Assembly (NCBI RefSeq): GCF_003231495.1
Contig: NZ_PQWO01000008.1
Span: 60,001 to 92,000 of the forward strand
Length of the DNA stretch: 32,000 nt
Direction of reading: 5' to 3'
Source of the DNA: Acaryochloris thomasi RCC1774
GTDB taxonomy: Bacteria > Cyanobacteriota > Cyanobacteriia > Thermosynechococcales > Thermosynechococcaceae
Position numbers and translations under genes: made by a program. How positions within the stretch are numbered: the first letter of the stretch is position 1; the number at the start of each line of letters is the position of its first letter. The notes below the pieces were generated by a model that searched no databases, had not been told where the DNA came from, and saw only the letters and a list, made by a program, of their open reading frames with translations. Shown here piece after piece: positions 17,922-27,058 of the stretch.

Positions 17922-18530
17922 ATGCAAGGCAATCGCTCCATTGATGATTCAACAGTCCCCGTCCTCAGCAGCTTGGGCGATCCGGCTTTGCCGAATCAAG
18001 TTTGTCCACGACGCACTCGCATTCAGCTGGATCTGATGATGCTGGCTCTAGAGGCCCTAGACTTAAATGCCTCAGAAAATATGTTGGCGAGCATTCAAGA
18101 GCTACAGCTACAGCCTGTCATCCAAAACCGAGTGACGCTTTGGAAACTTCGCAACACGAATCCTTTGCGCCGATATAGCCGTCGGTCAAGATCTTTGAGT
18201 CTATCCGAAGCCAAAGCACTGGTTGCCATTGCCTGCAATCTGGCTCGTCAGCAAACGGCCACCATTCGCCAGTTATTGTTGGTGCAGGAGCAGCTTCAAT
18301 CACAGCAGCTTTCGCCCAACCATAATATTCAGCTCGCCAATTATTGTGAGCGGTTTCGCGCCCACTTTCGCAGCCGCATGAACTCGAATCGCAGCGCAGT
18401 AGCGGCCTATAAAGATAATGAGCGCCTCGATGAATTAGCCCTAGACCTCTTGGGACAGGTACTATTTTGTACGGGTACTGCTGGAATTCACCGATTCTGG
18501 TCTAGTCTATTTGATGGAGAAGTCGCCTAG
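17922..18530 (+). CDS. DUF3038-like cyanobacterial protein (function unknown)
   Basis: CPRRTRIQLDLMMLALEALDL...LWKLRNTNPLRR...ANYCERFRAHFRSRMN...LLFCTGTAGIHRFWSSLFDGEV matches my recollection of the cyanobacteria-restricted DUF3038 family. Confidence 0.6.
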   Translation: MQGNRSIDDSTVPVLSSLGDPALPNQVCPRRTRIQLDLMMLALEALDLNASENMLASIQELQLQPVIQNRVTLWKLRNTNPLRRYSRRSRSLSLSEAKALVAIACNLARQQTATIRQLLLVQEQLQSQQLSPNHNIQLANYCERFRAHFRSRMNSNRSAVAAYKDNERLDELALDLLGQVLFCTGTAGIHRFWSSLFDGEVA

Positions 18531-18537
18531 CGTCATT

Positions 18538-19278
18538 ATGACCATTCAACGCCAATATCTGTTACCGAACTGTACGCTGACCCTCGAAGGTCTGAGTAAC
18601 GCCATCGGCACCCAGGAGCTAAGACCCTCTCTGGATACGCTGATGCGATTTGAATGTCATTTTGCAAAGCTCGATCAGACCTTGGTTGGGGGACTCGATT
18701 TTCTGGAGAGCCTCATTCAAGCCACGAGTGAGTGCACGCAGTCCTGGATGAGCGGGGTTCAGCATACAAAAGCGAAGCGAAAGGCTAGAACAGCAGATCA
18801 GGTTCAACTCCAACCGGCCACTGATGGACAGTTTCAGATGTCAGTGCCAACAACTCTACTGAGTACAACGGGGTCAGAAACACAGTCCGTTGACCTGCAG
18901 CTATCGACGGTTCAGCTTTTCGATCTCTCGGAGGCCCTCGATCAGCTCTTGGCAGACTCTCAAACACTTCCCAACCTCTCTTCAAATATTCAGCCACTCT
19001 CTCGCAGAGAAGCACTGTCAGGGCAACCTCTGGCGAAACGAGCAGCACCGCTCGCGTTGGGAACAGTGAGTCTTGCGATCGCAACCAGCGCCCTATACTT
19101 TGTCCCAGCCCCTGAGATTAGTCGGCCTAAGGATGAACCCATCCCAACCGAGACGCCCGTCATACCAGGGACATCACCGCCACCAACCGGTGAAACAACT
19201 CCAGCTGAGCCAGGAGAAACCAATCCCAATCCTTCAAGTCCCGCGTCTCCCGCAACACCGTCAACGGAGACGCCTTAG
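18538..19278 (+). CDS. DUF4335-like cyanobacterial protein with a single TM segment and a Pro/Thr-rich tail (function unknown)
   Basis: MTIQRQYLLPNCTLTLEGLS is the characteristic DUF4335 N-terminus as I recall it. There is a hydrophobic segment (LALGTVSLAIATSALYFV) and then a PTETPVIPGTSPPPTGETTPAEPGE tail. An alternative start at 18511 would overlap the upstream gene by 20 nt. Confidence 0.6.
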   Translation: MTIQRQYLLPNCTLTLEGLSNAIGTQELRPSLDTLMRFECHFAKLDQTLVGGLDFLESLIQATSECTQSWMSGVQHTKAKRKARTADQVQLQPATDGQFQMSVPTTLLSTTGSETQSVDLQLSTVQLFDLSEALDQLLADSQTLPNLSSNIQPLSRREALSGQPLAKRAAPLALGTVSLAIATSALYFVPAPEISRPKDEPIPTETPVIPGTSPPPTGETTPAEPGETNPNPSSPASPATPSTETP

Positions 19279-19422
19279 ATAAAGCTAAAAGGTAGCGCGA
19301 CAATTTCCTCTAAAATGCTAGTCGGGCCTTAGATCGCAAGAAGCTAAGAAGACGATATATCTTCTTTCTCTCTGCAATCTGGAGCCTCTGAGGACCCCTG
19401 ACGTATCATCTGGAGAATTATC

Positions 19423-19935
19423 GTGGACTTATCGCTCATACCCGCGCAACCAAAATTAGGCATTGTCAACGTTCTGATTGAGATCCCAGCCGGGAGCAAG
19501 AACAAGTACGAGTTTGATAAGGACATGCAGGCAATGGCTCTCGACCGAGTGCTCTTCGCCTCAGTGCAGTATCCCTATGACTATGGCTTTATTCCCAATA
19601 CACTGGCCGACGATGGTGACCCCTTAGACGGCATGGTGCTAATGGATCAGCCCACCTTTCCTGGCTGTGTAATTGCAGCCCGTCCCATCGGCATGCTGGA
19701 AATGATTGACGGCGGCGACCGCGACGAAAAAGTTCTCTGCGTTCCAGCAGAAGACCCGCGCTACAACGAAGTAACCTCCCTTAAAGATATTGCACCTCAC
19801 CGCCTAGAAGAGATTGCCGAATTCTTCCGCACTTACAAAAATCTTGAGAAGAAAGTAACCGAGATTCTGGGCTGGCAGGATGTTGAGAAGGTCAATCCCC
19901 TCGTCAAGGAATGTATTGAAGCGGGTAAAAAGTAA
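19423..19935 (+). CDS. ppa: Inorganic pyrophosphatase (family I)
   Basis: [40 protein letters not shown] and the overall length of 170 aa. The GTG start follows GGAGAA. Confidence 0.93.
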   Translation: MDLSLIPAQPKLGIVNVLIEIPAGSKNKYEFDKDMQAMALDRVLFASVQYPYDYGFIPNTLADDGDPLDGMVLMDQPTFPGCVIAARPIGMLEMIDGGDRDEKVLCVPAEDPRYNEVTSLKDIAPHRLEEIAEFFRTYKNLEKKVTEILGWQDVEKVNPLVKECIEAGKK

Positions 19936-19977
19936 AACAGGTTCAACCTTAGAAATCTTGCCCTTGCCTTGCATCCC

Positions 19978-20033
19978 TCTCCCTGGGGAGAGAAGTGACG
20001 AAGTTATTTCTTCCTTCTCCCTCGGGAGAGAAG
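19978..20033. repeat. Two copies of an 18-nt hairpin-forming unit, TCTCCCTSGGGAGAGAAG
   Basis: TCTCCCTGGGGAGAGAAG at 19978-19995 and TCTCCCTCGGGAGAGAAG at 20016-20033 differ at one position and are 20 nt apart. Each contains a short inverted repeat (CTCTCC/GGAGAG or TCTCCC/GGGAGA). Both lie in the ppa-dapL spacer. Confidence 0.6.
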
Positions 20034-20126
20034 GCTGGGAGATCAAAGCCAAGGATTTGAGCCAGGGACCAATCTGTTCCTCAGTTCGCAGTAAGCTATG
20101 GACTGGGCGTACATTATGAAGTCAAC

Positions 20127-21356
20127 ATGGCCACCATTAACGACAACTATCTCAAACTGAAAGCAGGCTATCTATTCCCAGAGATTGCGCGCCGCGTAAC
20201 GGCCTTTGCTGAGGCCAATCCCGAGGCACCCATTATCAAACTGGGAATTGGTGATGTCACTGAACCCCTACCCGAAGCCTGCCGCGCGGCCATGATTACA
20301 GCGGTTGAAGACATGGGCGATCGCAACTCTTTCAAAGGTTACGGCCCCGAGCAAGGCTACCCGTGGCTCCGGGAAAAGATCGCAGCCCAAGACTTTCAGG
20401 CCCGAGGCTGTGAGATTGACGCCTCCGAGATCTTCGTCTCCGACGGAGCAAAGTGCGACAGCGGCAACATTCTAGATATTTTCGGCAACCAGAATACGAT
20501 TGCCGTCACCGACCCCGTCTATCCCGTCTACGTTGACACCAACGTCATGGCCGGACACACCGGTCCCGCGAATGAAGACGGTAAGTATGGCGGGCTGGTC
20601 TATATGCCGATCACGGCAGAGAACGACTTCACCGCTGAAATTCCTGATCAGCAGATTGATCTCATTTATCTTTGCTTTCCTAACAACCCCACCGGAGCAG
20701 TCGCCAGCAAAGCCCACCTCAAAGCTTGGGTTGACTACGCCAAAGCCAACGGTTCAATTATCTTTTTTGACGCCGCCTACGAAGCCTTCATCACCGATCC
20801 TGAGCTGCCTCACTCCATCTATGAGATTGAAGGTGCCAGAGATTGCGCCATCGAGTTTCGATCCTTCTCTAAAAATGCCGGATTCACGGGGACGCGCTGC
20901 GCCTTCACCGTCGTCCCCAAATCTGTAAAAGCCAAGGCTGCAGATGGCTCAGACGTAGAGCTATGGAAACTCTGGAATCGTCGCCAATCGACAAAATTCA
21001 ACGGCGTATCCTATATTGTCCAGCGCGGAGCCGAGGCCGTTTACTCCGAAGCAGGTCAAGCTCAAATCAAAGCCTTAATCCAGTTTTACTTAGAGAACGC
21101 CCAGATTATCCGAGATCAGCTCACAGCGGCGGGCCTCGCCGTTTACGGTGGCGTCAATGCCCCCTACGTCTGGGTCAAGACTCCCGACAACATCTCTAGC
21201 TGGGACTTCTTCGATAAACTGCTGCATAACTCCAACGTCGTCGGCACCCCCGGCTCAGGGTTTGGTGCTGCTGGAGAAGGCTACTTTCGAATTTCGGCCT
21301 TCAACAGCCGTGAGAACGTAAACGAAGCCATGCGGCGCATTACCTCCGCAGCCTAG
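20127..21356 (+). CDS. dapL: LL-diaminopimelate aminotransferase
   Basis: [24 protein letters not shown] plus the PLP-lysine region ([20 protein letters not shown]). 409 aa, typical of cyanobacterial and plant DapL. Confidence 0.92.
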   Translation: MATINDNYLKLKAGYLFPEIARRVTAFAEANPEAPIIKLGIGDVTEPLPEACRAAMITAVEDMGDRNSFKGYGPEQGYPWLREKIAAQDFQARGCEIDASEIFVSDGAKCDSGNILDIFGNQNTIAVTDPVYPVYVDTNVMAGHTGPANEDGKYGGLVYMPITAENDFTAEIPDQQIDLIYLCFPNNPTGAVASKAHLKAWVDYAKANGSIIFFDAAYEAFITDPELPHSIYEIEGARDCAIEFRSFSKNAGFTGTRCAFTVVPKSVKAKAADGSDVELWKLWNRRQSTKFNGVSYIVQRGAEAVYSEAGQAQIKALIQFYLENAQIIRDQLTAAGLAVYGGVNAPYVWVKTPDNISSWDFFDKLLHNSNVVGTPGSGFGAAGEGYFRISAFNSRENVNEAMRRITSAA

Positions 21357-21762
21357 TTGTTTGCCATAGCTCTCCTCTAGGGCGCACCAGATCATAGGCG
21401 ATCAGTTAAAGGGAATGAATGAGAGAAAGATCTCACCCATTCCTTACAGATGTTATGTACGGCAGCAGCACAAATGCCTATTAACATCATGCCTAACAGA
21501 GGGAACTCTATAAGCAAGGGCTGCTGAATCTGCAGCTATCAGGAGAATATATCCGGTAGATCCTGTCTCTATCAGCCCAGGAAAATTCGTTTTGTAACAA
21601 ATAATCTAAATACGTGACGAATTTAGCCGATTGAGATATGAATATAGGAATCACTCAAATCCTGTATCACTGGTTGACTCTTCCCTAACCTCAAATTGAC
21701 TTGAGAGATGAATTGATTCAGTGATCCCCACACTCAACTCACTCACATAGGATTACCTTGAA

Positions 21763-22101
21763 ATGTCGATGACAAAGCGTTCACTAAACTTGCTGGCCCT
21801 ATTCACTTCAGTTAATGCAGTGGGCCTAATACTACCAACCCTTCAGGCCGCGGAAGCTGCGCCAAAGCCTCACAACTATAACCCAGCTCTAGTTGCAATC
21901 TATACTTCAAGCTGCATGAAACAGCTTAATAGAAATCCCGATGCTAAGAAAGCATGTCAGTGCTCTGTTAGAGAGATGCAAAAGCACCACGCTCAAACAC
22001 AGGCCGTTGCAATTGTGAAAAAAGCAAAGTCTAGTTCTAGCGTTGATCCGTCAACTGGCGTTCCCAACGGGATGTCTAAATATTTTGCTCCCTGCCTATA
22101 A
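21763..22101 (+). CDS. Hypothetical small secreted protein (signal peptide, 4 Cys)
   Basis: The N-terminus KRSLNLLALFTSVNAVGLILPTLQAAEA looks like a Sec signal peptide with an AxA site. No family recognised. It sits in an AT-rich stretch. Confidence 0.45.
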   Translation: MSMTKRSLNLLALFTSVNAVGLILPTLQAAEAAPKPHNYNPALVAIYTSSCMKQLNRNPDAKKACQCSVREMQKHHAQTQAVAIVKKAKSSSSVDPSTGVPNGMSKYFAPCL

Positions 22102-22252
22102 TTCACTCACTAGAAAATATCTTCTTAGAATCCCGAACAAAGCGAGTTGCGCTTGGAGGTTGTCTCGAAAATATCTAGAGTTCGAGGCTCTTGACTCCTT
22201 AAACGTTAAACTCACCAGTCGAAATTACGGTAGAGGCTCATCAGCCCTCAGT

Positions 22253-23359
22253 TTACTGCTCAATCTCGCCATCGGCGAACTTCTGGGTCATTAGGTAAGC
22301 CTCTTCATCCGTAAGCTGTTTGGGTGGATGTTTCATAAAGTAGGCTGAAGGCGAGAGTAGAGCGCCACCAATGTTGCGATCTAGGGCGACCTTGCAGCAT
22401 CGAATCGCATCAATCACAACACCAGCCGAATTCGGAGAGTCCTCCACAGACAGCCGCATCTCTAGATGCATCGGCACGTTACCAAATAGCTTGCCCTCAA
22501 TGCGAATAAAGGCAACTTTATTATCTTTCTGCCAAGGGACATAGTCACTCGGCCCCACGTGGATATTTTCTGGTTCGAGAGGCTCTGCGAGGGCAGATTG
22601 AACAGCCTCAGTTTTAGAGACTTTCTTAGACACTAGGCGACTACGATTGGTCATGTTTAAGAAGTCTGTGTTGCCCCCCGTATTCAGCTGGTAGGTTCGC
22701 TCAACCTTAACGCCCCGCTTCTTGAATAGATCGGAGAGCACCCGATGGGTAATCGTGGCTCCAACCTGTGATTTGATGTCATCACCAATAATCGGGAGTT
22801 TGGCCTGCTGGAAGCGTTCAGCCCAGCTCGGATTGCTGGCAATAAAGACAGGAATACAGTTAATAAACGCGACCCCAGCCTTGAGAGCGCACTCGGCATA
22901 GAACTGCGTTGCTTGCTCAGAGCCAACCGGTAGATAGTTGATCAGGATTTCTGCACCAGAATCCTGCAGCTTTTGCACAACAGCGTCTGAACTAGGCTCA
23001 GGATGCTGACTTTTTACGAAGGTCTGAGCCTCAGGAAATTCTGACATATGCCCAGAGCAACCATCTAAAACGCAGCCCATACTGACGTTGATGTTGCTTT
23101 TTGGCATATTTTCGCACAAAACGGTGGTGCAGTTGGGGGCAGCAAAAATGGCCTCATTAATATCGTGGTCAACCTTGCGCTGGTCAATATCAAAGGCACA
23201 GACAGCTTGAATATCACCGGGTTGATATCCACCTAGCTCCCAGTTCATGAGGCCAATGACTTCCGGCTCATCCGCACAGCGATAATATTCAATCCCCTGT
23301 AGGAGCGCACTGGCACAGTTACCTAACCCAACGATCGCGATTTTAATTGTGTTCGCCAT
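22253..23359 (-). CDS. ino1: myo-Inositol-1-phosphate (inositol-3-phosphate) synthase, prokaryotic short type
   Basis: MANTIKIAIVGLGNCASALLQGIEYY is the typical NAD-binding N-terminus. GDDIKSQVGATITHRVL and LSVEDSPNSAGVVIDAIRCCK are also present. AGGGAG lies upstream of the ATG. Confidence 0.88.
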   Translation of the reverse strand: MANTIKIAIVGLGNCASALLQGIEYYRCADEPEVIGLMNWELGGYQPGDIQAVCAFDIDQRKVDHDINEAIFAAPNCTTVLCENMPKSNINVSMGCVLDGCSGHMSEFPEAQTFVKSQHPEPSSDAVVQKLQDSGAEILINYLPVGSEQATQFYAECALKAGVAFINCIPVFIASNPSWAERFQQAKLPIIGDDIKSQVGATITHRVLSDLFKKRGVKVERTYQLNTGGNTDFLNMTNRSRLVSKKVSKTEAVQSALAEPLEPENIHVGPSDYVPWQKDNKVAFIRIEGKLFGNVPMHLEMRLSVEDSPNSAGVVIDAIRCCKVALDRNIGGALLSPSAYFMKHPPKQLTDEEAYLMTQKFADGEIEQ

Positions 23360-23628
23360 TATTGCTCCCTAAGGTCTGGACTGCGTCCAATTTCTGCGCA
23401 AAGCTAATAATACGGCAGAACGGAACTGGATTGATCGATGGACTGATGACGACATAATGGGTGCCAACAAAACGATGGTCCTTGACTGACCAGAGGCAGG
23501 CCGATTGCCAACCTTCGCGTCACAGCTGCACATCACATCAAAGCCCATTGAATTCTAGGACACAGCTTGCTTTGATGTTTATTCACCATAGGTTATTTAC
23601 TCAGACATAGGTGATTGTTGTCCCTCCC

Positions 23629-25911
23629 CTAAAGGGAATTTCCAAAAATTTTAAATCCAGCCCAATAGAACGGGTCTGAGTAGGGACAATCTTCTGGAGC
23701 AGCCTGCGCTTCCTGCAAAAGCTTTTCAGTTAAAGCAATTCCAAAATAGTGTCCCCATTTCCCTAAAGTGTTGTACGTACTGGTTCGCAACCAATTTTGT
23801 GCCTGCTGTAGCGCTAAGGCAGGCGGTACTTGTTGCTGAAGACGCTGATATAAATTGAGCAGGATCAGTGTTGTAGGGGTCGGTTCTATTGGCCACTGAC
23901 AAAGGATAATGTGGGCAACACCTGCCATAAGCAAGCCTGTGGGCAAGTCAATACCCTCTACGGTATTTGCGGGCAGATAGTTCGAGAGGCAAATAAGCGA
24001 AAAACGGCTCAGATCGAGCGATAAGATATCGGCCAAAGTGAGGGTCTGATGGGCTGCAAGTTCAATGGCAGACTGCAGGGGTTGCACAGCGTGCTCACGA
24101 GCAACTGCAGCAATCCATCCCTGCCCCGACATCAACTTCAGCGCTGCTAACGTTCTTGCTTGACTAGCCCGAGCTTCAAGCAATCGGGTCGCGCGCGGAT
24201 ACAGCATCTGCACGCCAATATCTTCTAAAGGTGTGGGAGGTTGGGGAGCCACCATTAAAAATTGCTGGGATAGGAAGCGATGCTGATACAGTTCTAAGCC
24301 AAGATGGACCGTAGGCAGATATGTCAGGGTCCAGGTATCGGGGAAGAGTGTGTGGAGAGGCAGAGTTTGCAGGCCCTGATTGGGCACTAAAATTAGCTGC
24401 TGCACATCGCCAAGCGCCTCTTGACACAGGCGATCAACATTGAGGAGCTGACGCAATTGCTGAAGTTGGGCCTCCAGGATTGAAGGAGCACGGTCTGCGG
24501 AGCATTCGCGCCATTGCCCGATCCACTCTTCCAGTTGAGCGCGCTGACGAGCGTATGCCTGCGTCTTACTGGAGCGCTCTGCGCCGTTCCATCCATCGGC
24601 GGGCGGAATCCGAAAAACGGTCGGGAACTGGTGAAGTTTTAGAACAAATACCGAAATTGCGACGGGACTAAGATGCCAAAACAGCAGTGCCGTTTGAGGT
24701 CGCAGCAGTTTCTGCATTTTGGCCCAGTCTGCAGGGAAAAATTCTTCGACATCGCGCCAGTGGTTGAGGCGTGCATGATGGGCCATATCTGCGGTCAGCA
24801 AGGCTTGGGTCGCGTCTGTTTGGGCTAGCAAATCAATCTGCATTTGATCTAGACCGGACAGCTCTTGCTTGAGTCCCTGTCGCTGCTCAGGGGACAGAGT
24901 CAACATTTGAAGAATCTGCTCCCGTTTTTCTAGCGCTTCAGGCAGCATGGTTTGGAGCGCATATTGGTCATTGAGGTAACCGCAAACCGTCAGTAAAGAT
25001 TGAAGCGCCAGCAAATGTAGTTCAGGAAACTGGGCAAAAGTCAAAAATTCTAGTGCACTGAGATAACTCAGTTTTGCCTCTTGCCAGGAGGGATTCGGAT
25101 CGATGAGTGTGTGACCTTCGCGATATTGAAAGTCTCCTTTACGCTGGTGCAATATGCCGCAGGCACGAGGATACTCAGGATGGTGCGGTGGCATAGCCTG
25201 TAGCCCCTCTTCTAGGGCTGCAATCGCGGCGGGGTAGCCTTGAGTAAGGTAAATGCACATGCCTCGATCTTCCCAGGCAGGCCAGAGCTGTTGCTGGGTG
25301 AGACGCAGGGCGACGTCATAGTCGGCAATGGCCTGTTCATACTGTTTTTGTTCAGCCCAGACGCTGGCACGGTTGTGCCAGGATTGATAGTTTTCGGGAT
25401 TCAGTTTGATCGCTTGATCAAAACTAGAGATGGCTTCAATATAGTTTCCAGATCGAAAGAAGGCCGTGCCTCTGTAGTTCCAAATACGGGGAGATTCGGG
25501 TTCTAATGCGAGGGCTTTGTCATAACTTGCGATCGCAAGTTCATAGCTTCCAGCATTCGCTAAAGCCCCCGCCCGCTCTAGCCAAAAATTAGGATCATCT
25601 AGCCCAGATCTTGGTGTCGGGGCCTCTGAGCCTGCAGGCGGGTCTTCTAAATCTTCAGGGACCGTTAGCGGCGGTAGCGACTGGACTTCAGCCTGACGAT
25701 TGGCATAGAGCGTCTGAGCATTCGTGTTAGCGATCACGGCCTCGGGATAACGCTTTAGGCGCTGCAGAGCGACACCACACTGCGCCCAAAGATCAGGGTT
25801 CTGTCCGTCTAGCTTGAGCGCCTGCCGAAAACGGAGCATTGCAGTGGCCGGATCATCTTGATTAAGAGCATCCTTGCCTTGTTGAATCAGAGCCGTCAGG
25901 GAAGAAGCCAT
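23629..25911 (-). CDS. TPR-repeat / CHAT-domain protein (CHAT active site possibly degenerate)
   Basis: N-terminal TPRs (for example SYELAIASYDKALALEPESPRIWNYRGTAFFRSGNYIEAISSFDQAIKLNPEN). C-terminal CHAT-like region (LILVPNQGLQTLPLHTLF...LICLSNYLP...GVAHIILCQWPIEPT...DPFYWAGFKIFG). The start is 5 nt after the dprA stop. Confidence 0.8.
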   Translation of the reverse strand: MASSLTALIQQGKDALNQDDPATAMLRFRQALKLDGQNPDLWAQCGVALQRLKRYPEAVIANTNAQTLYANRQAEVQSLPPLTVPEDLEDPPAGSEAPTPRSGLDDPNFWLERAGALANAGSYELAIASYDKALALEPESPRIWNYRGTAFFRSGNYIEAISSFDQAIKLNPENYQSWHNRASVWAEQKQYEQAIADYDVALRLTQQQLWPAWEDRGMCIYLTQGYPAAIAALEEGLQAMPPHHPEYPRACGILHQRKGDFQYREGHTLIDPNPSWQEAKLSYLSALEFLTFAQFPELHLLALQSLLTVCGYLNDQYALQTMLPEALEKREQILQMLTLSPEQRQGLKQELSGLDQMQIDLLAQTDATQALLTADMAHHARLNHWRDVEEFFPADWAKMQKLLRPQTALLFWHLSPVAISVFVLKLHQFPTVFRIPPADGWNGAERSSKTQAYARQRAQLEEWIGQWRECSADRAPSILEAQLQQLRQLLNVDRLCQEALGDVQQLILVPNQGLQTLPLHTLFPDTWTLTYLPTVHLGLELYQHRFLSQQFLMVAPQPPTPLEDIGVQMLYPRATRLLEARASQARTLAALKLMSGQGWIAAVAREHAVQPLQSAIELAAHQTLTLADILSLDLSRFSLICLSNYLPANTVEGIDLPTGLLMAGVAHIILCQWPIEPTPTTLILLNLYQRLQQQVPPALALQQAQNWLRTSTYNTLGKWGHYFGIALTEKLLQEAQAAPEDCPYSDPFYWAGFKIFGNSL
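25525..25540. repeat. HIP1 element (GCGATCGC) in extended form; representative of at least 16 copies in the window
   Basis: ACTTGCGATCGCAAGT is a perfect 16-nt palindrome. Exact GCGATCGC copies start at 229, 474, 2142, 3390, 6504, 8118, 10363, 11235, 13012, 13504, 15343, 19075, 20317, 25529, 27551 and 31964. Confidence 0.9.
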
Positions 25912-25916
25912 GGAAA

Positions 25917-27056
25917 CTAGCCAAGAGAATAGCGCATACCAGGGTGTTGAACCACCACCCCCAACAACTCTAACTGTAGAAGTGTACTGGATAGCTCCCC
26001 AGTAGGAATGTGCATTTTCTCTACTATTAAATCAAACGGGATGCCGACTTCACCGGTTCCCTGGACCAATTCTTTAAGGGCCACAACCAAGCTCTCCTGT
26101 ACAGGAGTCAATGCTGGAGAAGCAAGTGCAGCCTGAGCAGGAGCCGTTTCTATTCCCTTCTCTACTTCTAGGGTGGGCATAGCGCCCAGCATATTGAGTA
26201 AATTGCCAATGCCTAAAATCGCCTGTGCTCCCCGCTGTAGCAGTCCCAAGCATCCCACCGCACGAATGTTGTCGAGGGAGTTGGGCAGCACATAGACATC
26301 ACGGCCATATTCATTCGCTTGGTATGCCGTAATTAATGCCCCTGACTTACTCGGTGCTTCCATCACCAAAGTGGCACGACTGAGAGCGGCAATAATGCGA
26401 TTACGTTTCGGGAAATGTGAGCGATGGGGCTGGGTGCCCGCAGGATACTCGCTCACCACTAAACCTTGTTCTGCAATACGCTGGTGCAGCTTTTGATTCC
26501 GCTGCGGATAGGGCGTATCGACTCCGGTCCCCAATACAGCAACCGTGCGCCCGCCCGCTTCGATACAGCCAATGTGGGCTTGGGTATCAATGCCCTCTGC
26601 CATCCCTGAAACAACCGTAAAGCCGTTTTTTGCCAGAGCATAGGCAATTTTTCGGGTCCAGCGTTTTGCATATTCTGACGGATCTCGCGTCCCCACAATT
26701 GCAACCGTTGGTGTAGCGCCCTGGTTCTCAGCCACAGAGACCTGTCCGTAGTAGTAGAGAACCGGTGGAGGATCGCCAATTTCTAACAAAAGGCGAGGGT
26801 ACTCCCGATCTGAAGGCACCCAAAAGTTTTGATGCTGGTGTTCAGCGAGGAATTGCTCTGGATGAATGGCCTGTCGCTGACTCAGAATAGTAGTGAGCGT
26901 TCGTCCTCCAATTCCGCTGACCATCTGTAGCTGCTCGCCACTGGCAACCCAGGCCGCAGAAAGCGAGCCAAACTGGGCCAGCAGCCGCTGCAAAATGACG
27001 GGACCAATGCCCGGAATCTGAGACCAGGCCAGCCAAAACGCTCGGTCTGTCTCCAC
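25917..27056 (-). CDS. dprA: DNA processing protein DprA (Smf)
   Basis: VAIVGTRDPSEYAKRWT, SGMAEGIDTQAHIGCIEAGGRTVAVLGTGVDTPYPQRN and a C-terminal winged-helix-like region. The GTG start is 2 nt after the def stop. Confidence 0.9.
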   Translation of the reverse strand: METDRAFWLAWSQIPGIGPVILQRLLAQFGSLSAAWVASGEQLQMVSGIGGRTLTTILSQRQAIHPEQFLAEHQHQNFWVPSDREYPRLLLEIGDPPPVLYYYGQVSVAENQGATPTVAIVGTRDPSEYAKRWTRKIAYALAKNGFTVVSGMAEGIDTQAHIGCIEAGGRTVAVLGTGVDTPYPQRNQKLHQRIAEQGLVVSEYPAGTQPHRSHFPKRNRIIAALSRATLVMEAPSKSGALITAYQANEYGRDVYVLPNSLDNIRAVGCLGLLQRGAQAILGIGNLLNMLGAMPTLEVEKGIETAPAQAALASPALTPVQESLVVALKELVQGTGEVGIPFDLIVEKMHIPTGELSSTLLQLELLGVVVQHPGMRYSLG

Positions 27057-27058
27057 CT

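Noticed and set aside
19978-20033. Possibility that the twin repeats in the ppa-dapL spacer are a minimal CRISPR array.
   Set aside because: There are only two 18-nt units with a 20-nt spacer, far shorter than CRISPR repeats and spacers, and there are no cas genes in the window. I saw no other regularly spaced repeat arrays anywhere in the 32 kb.
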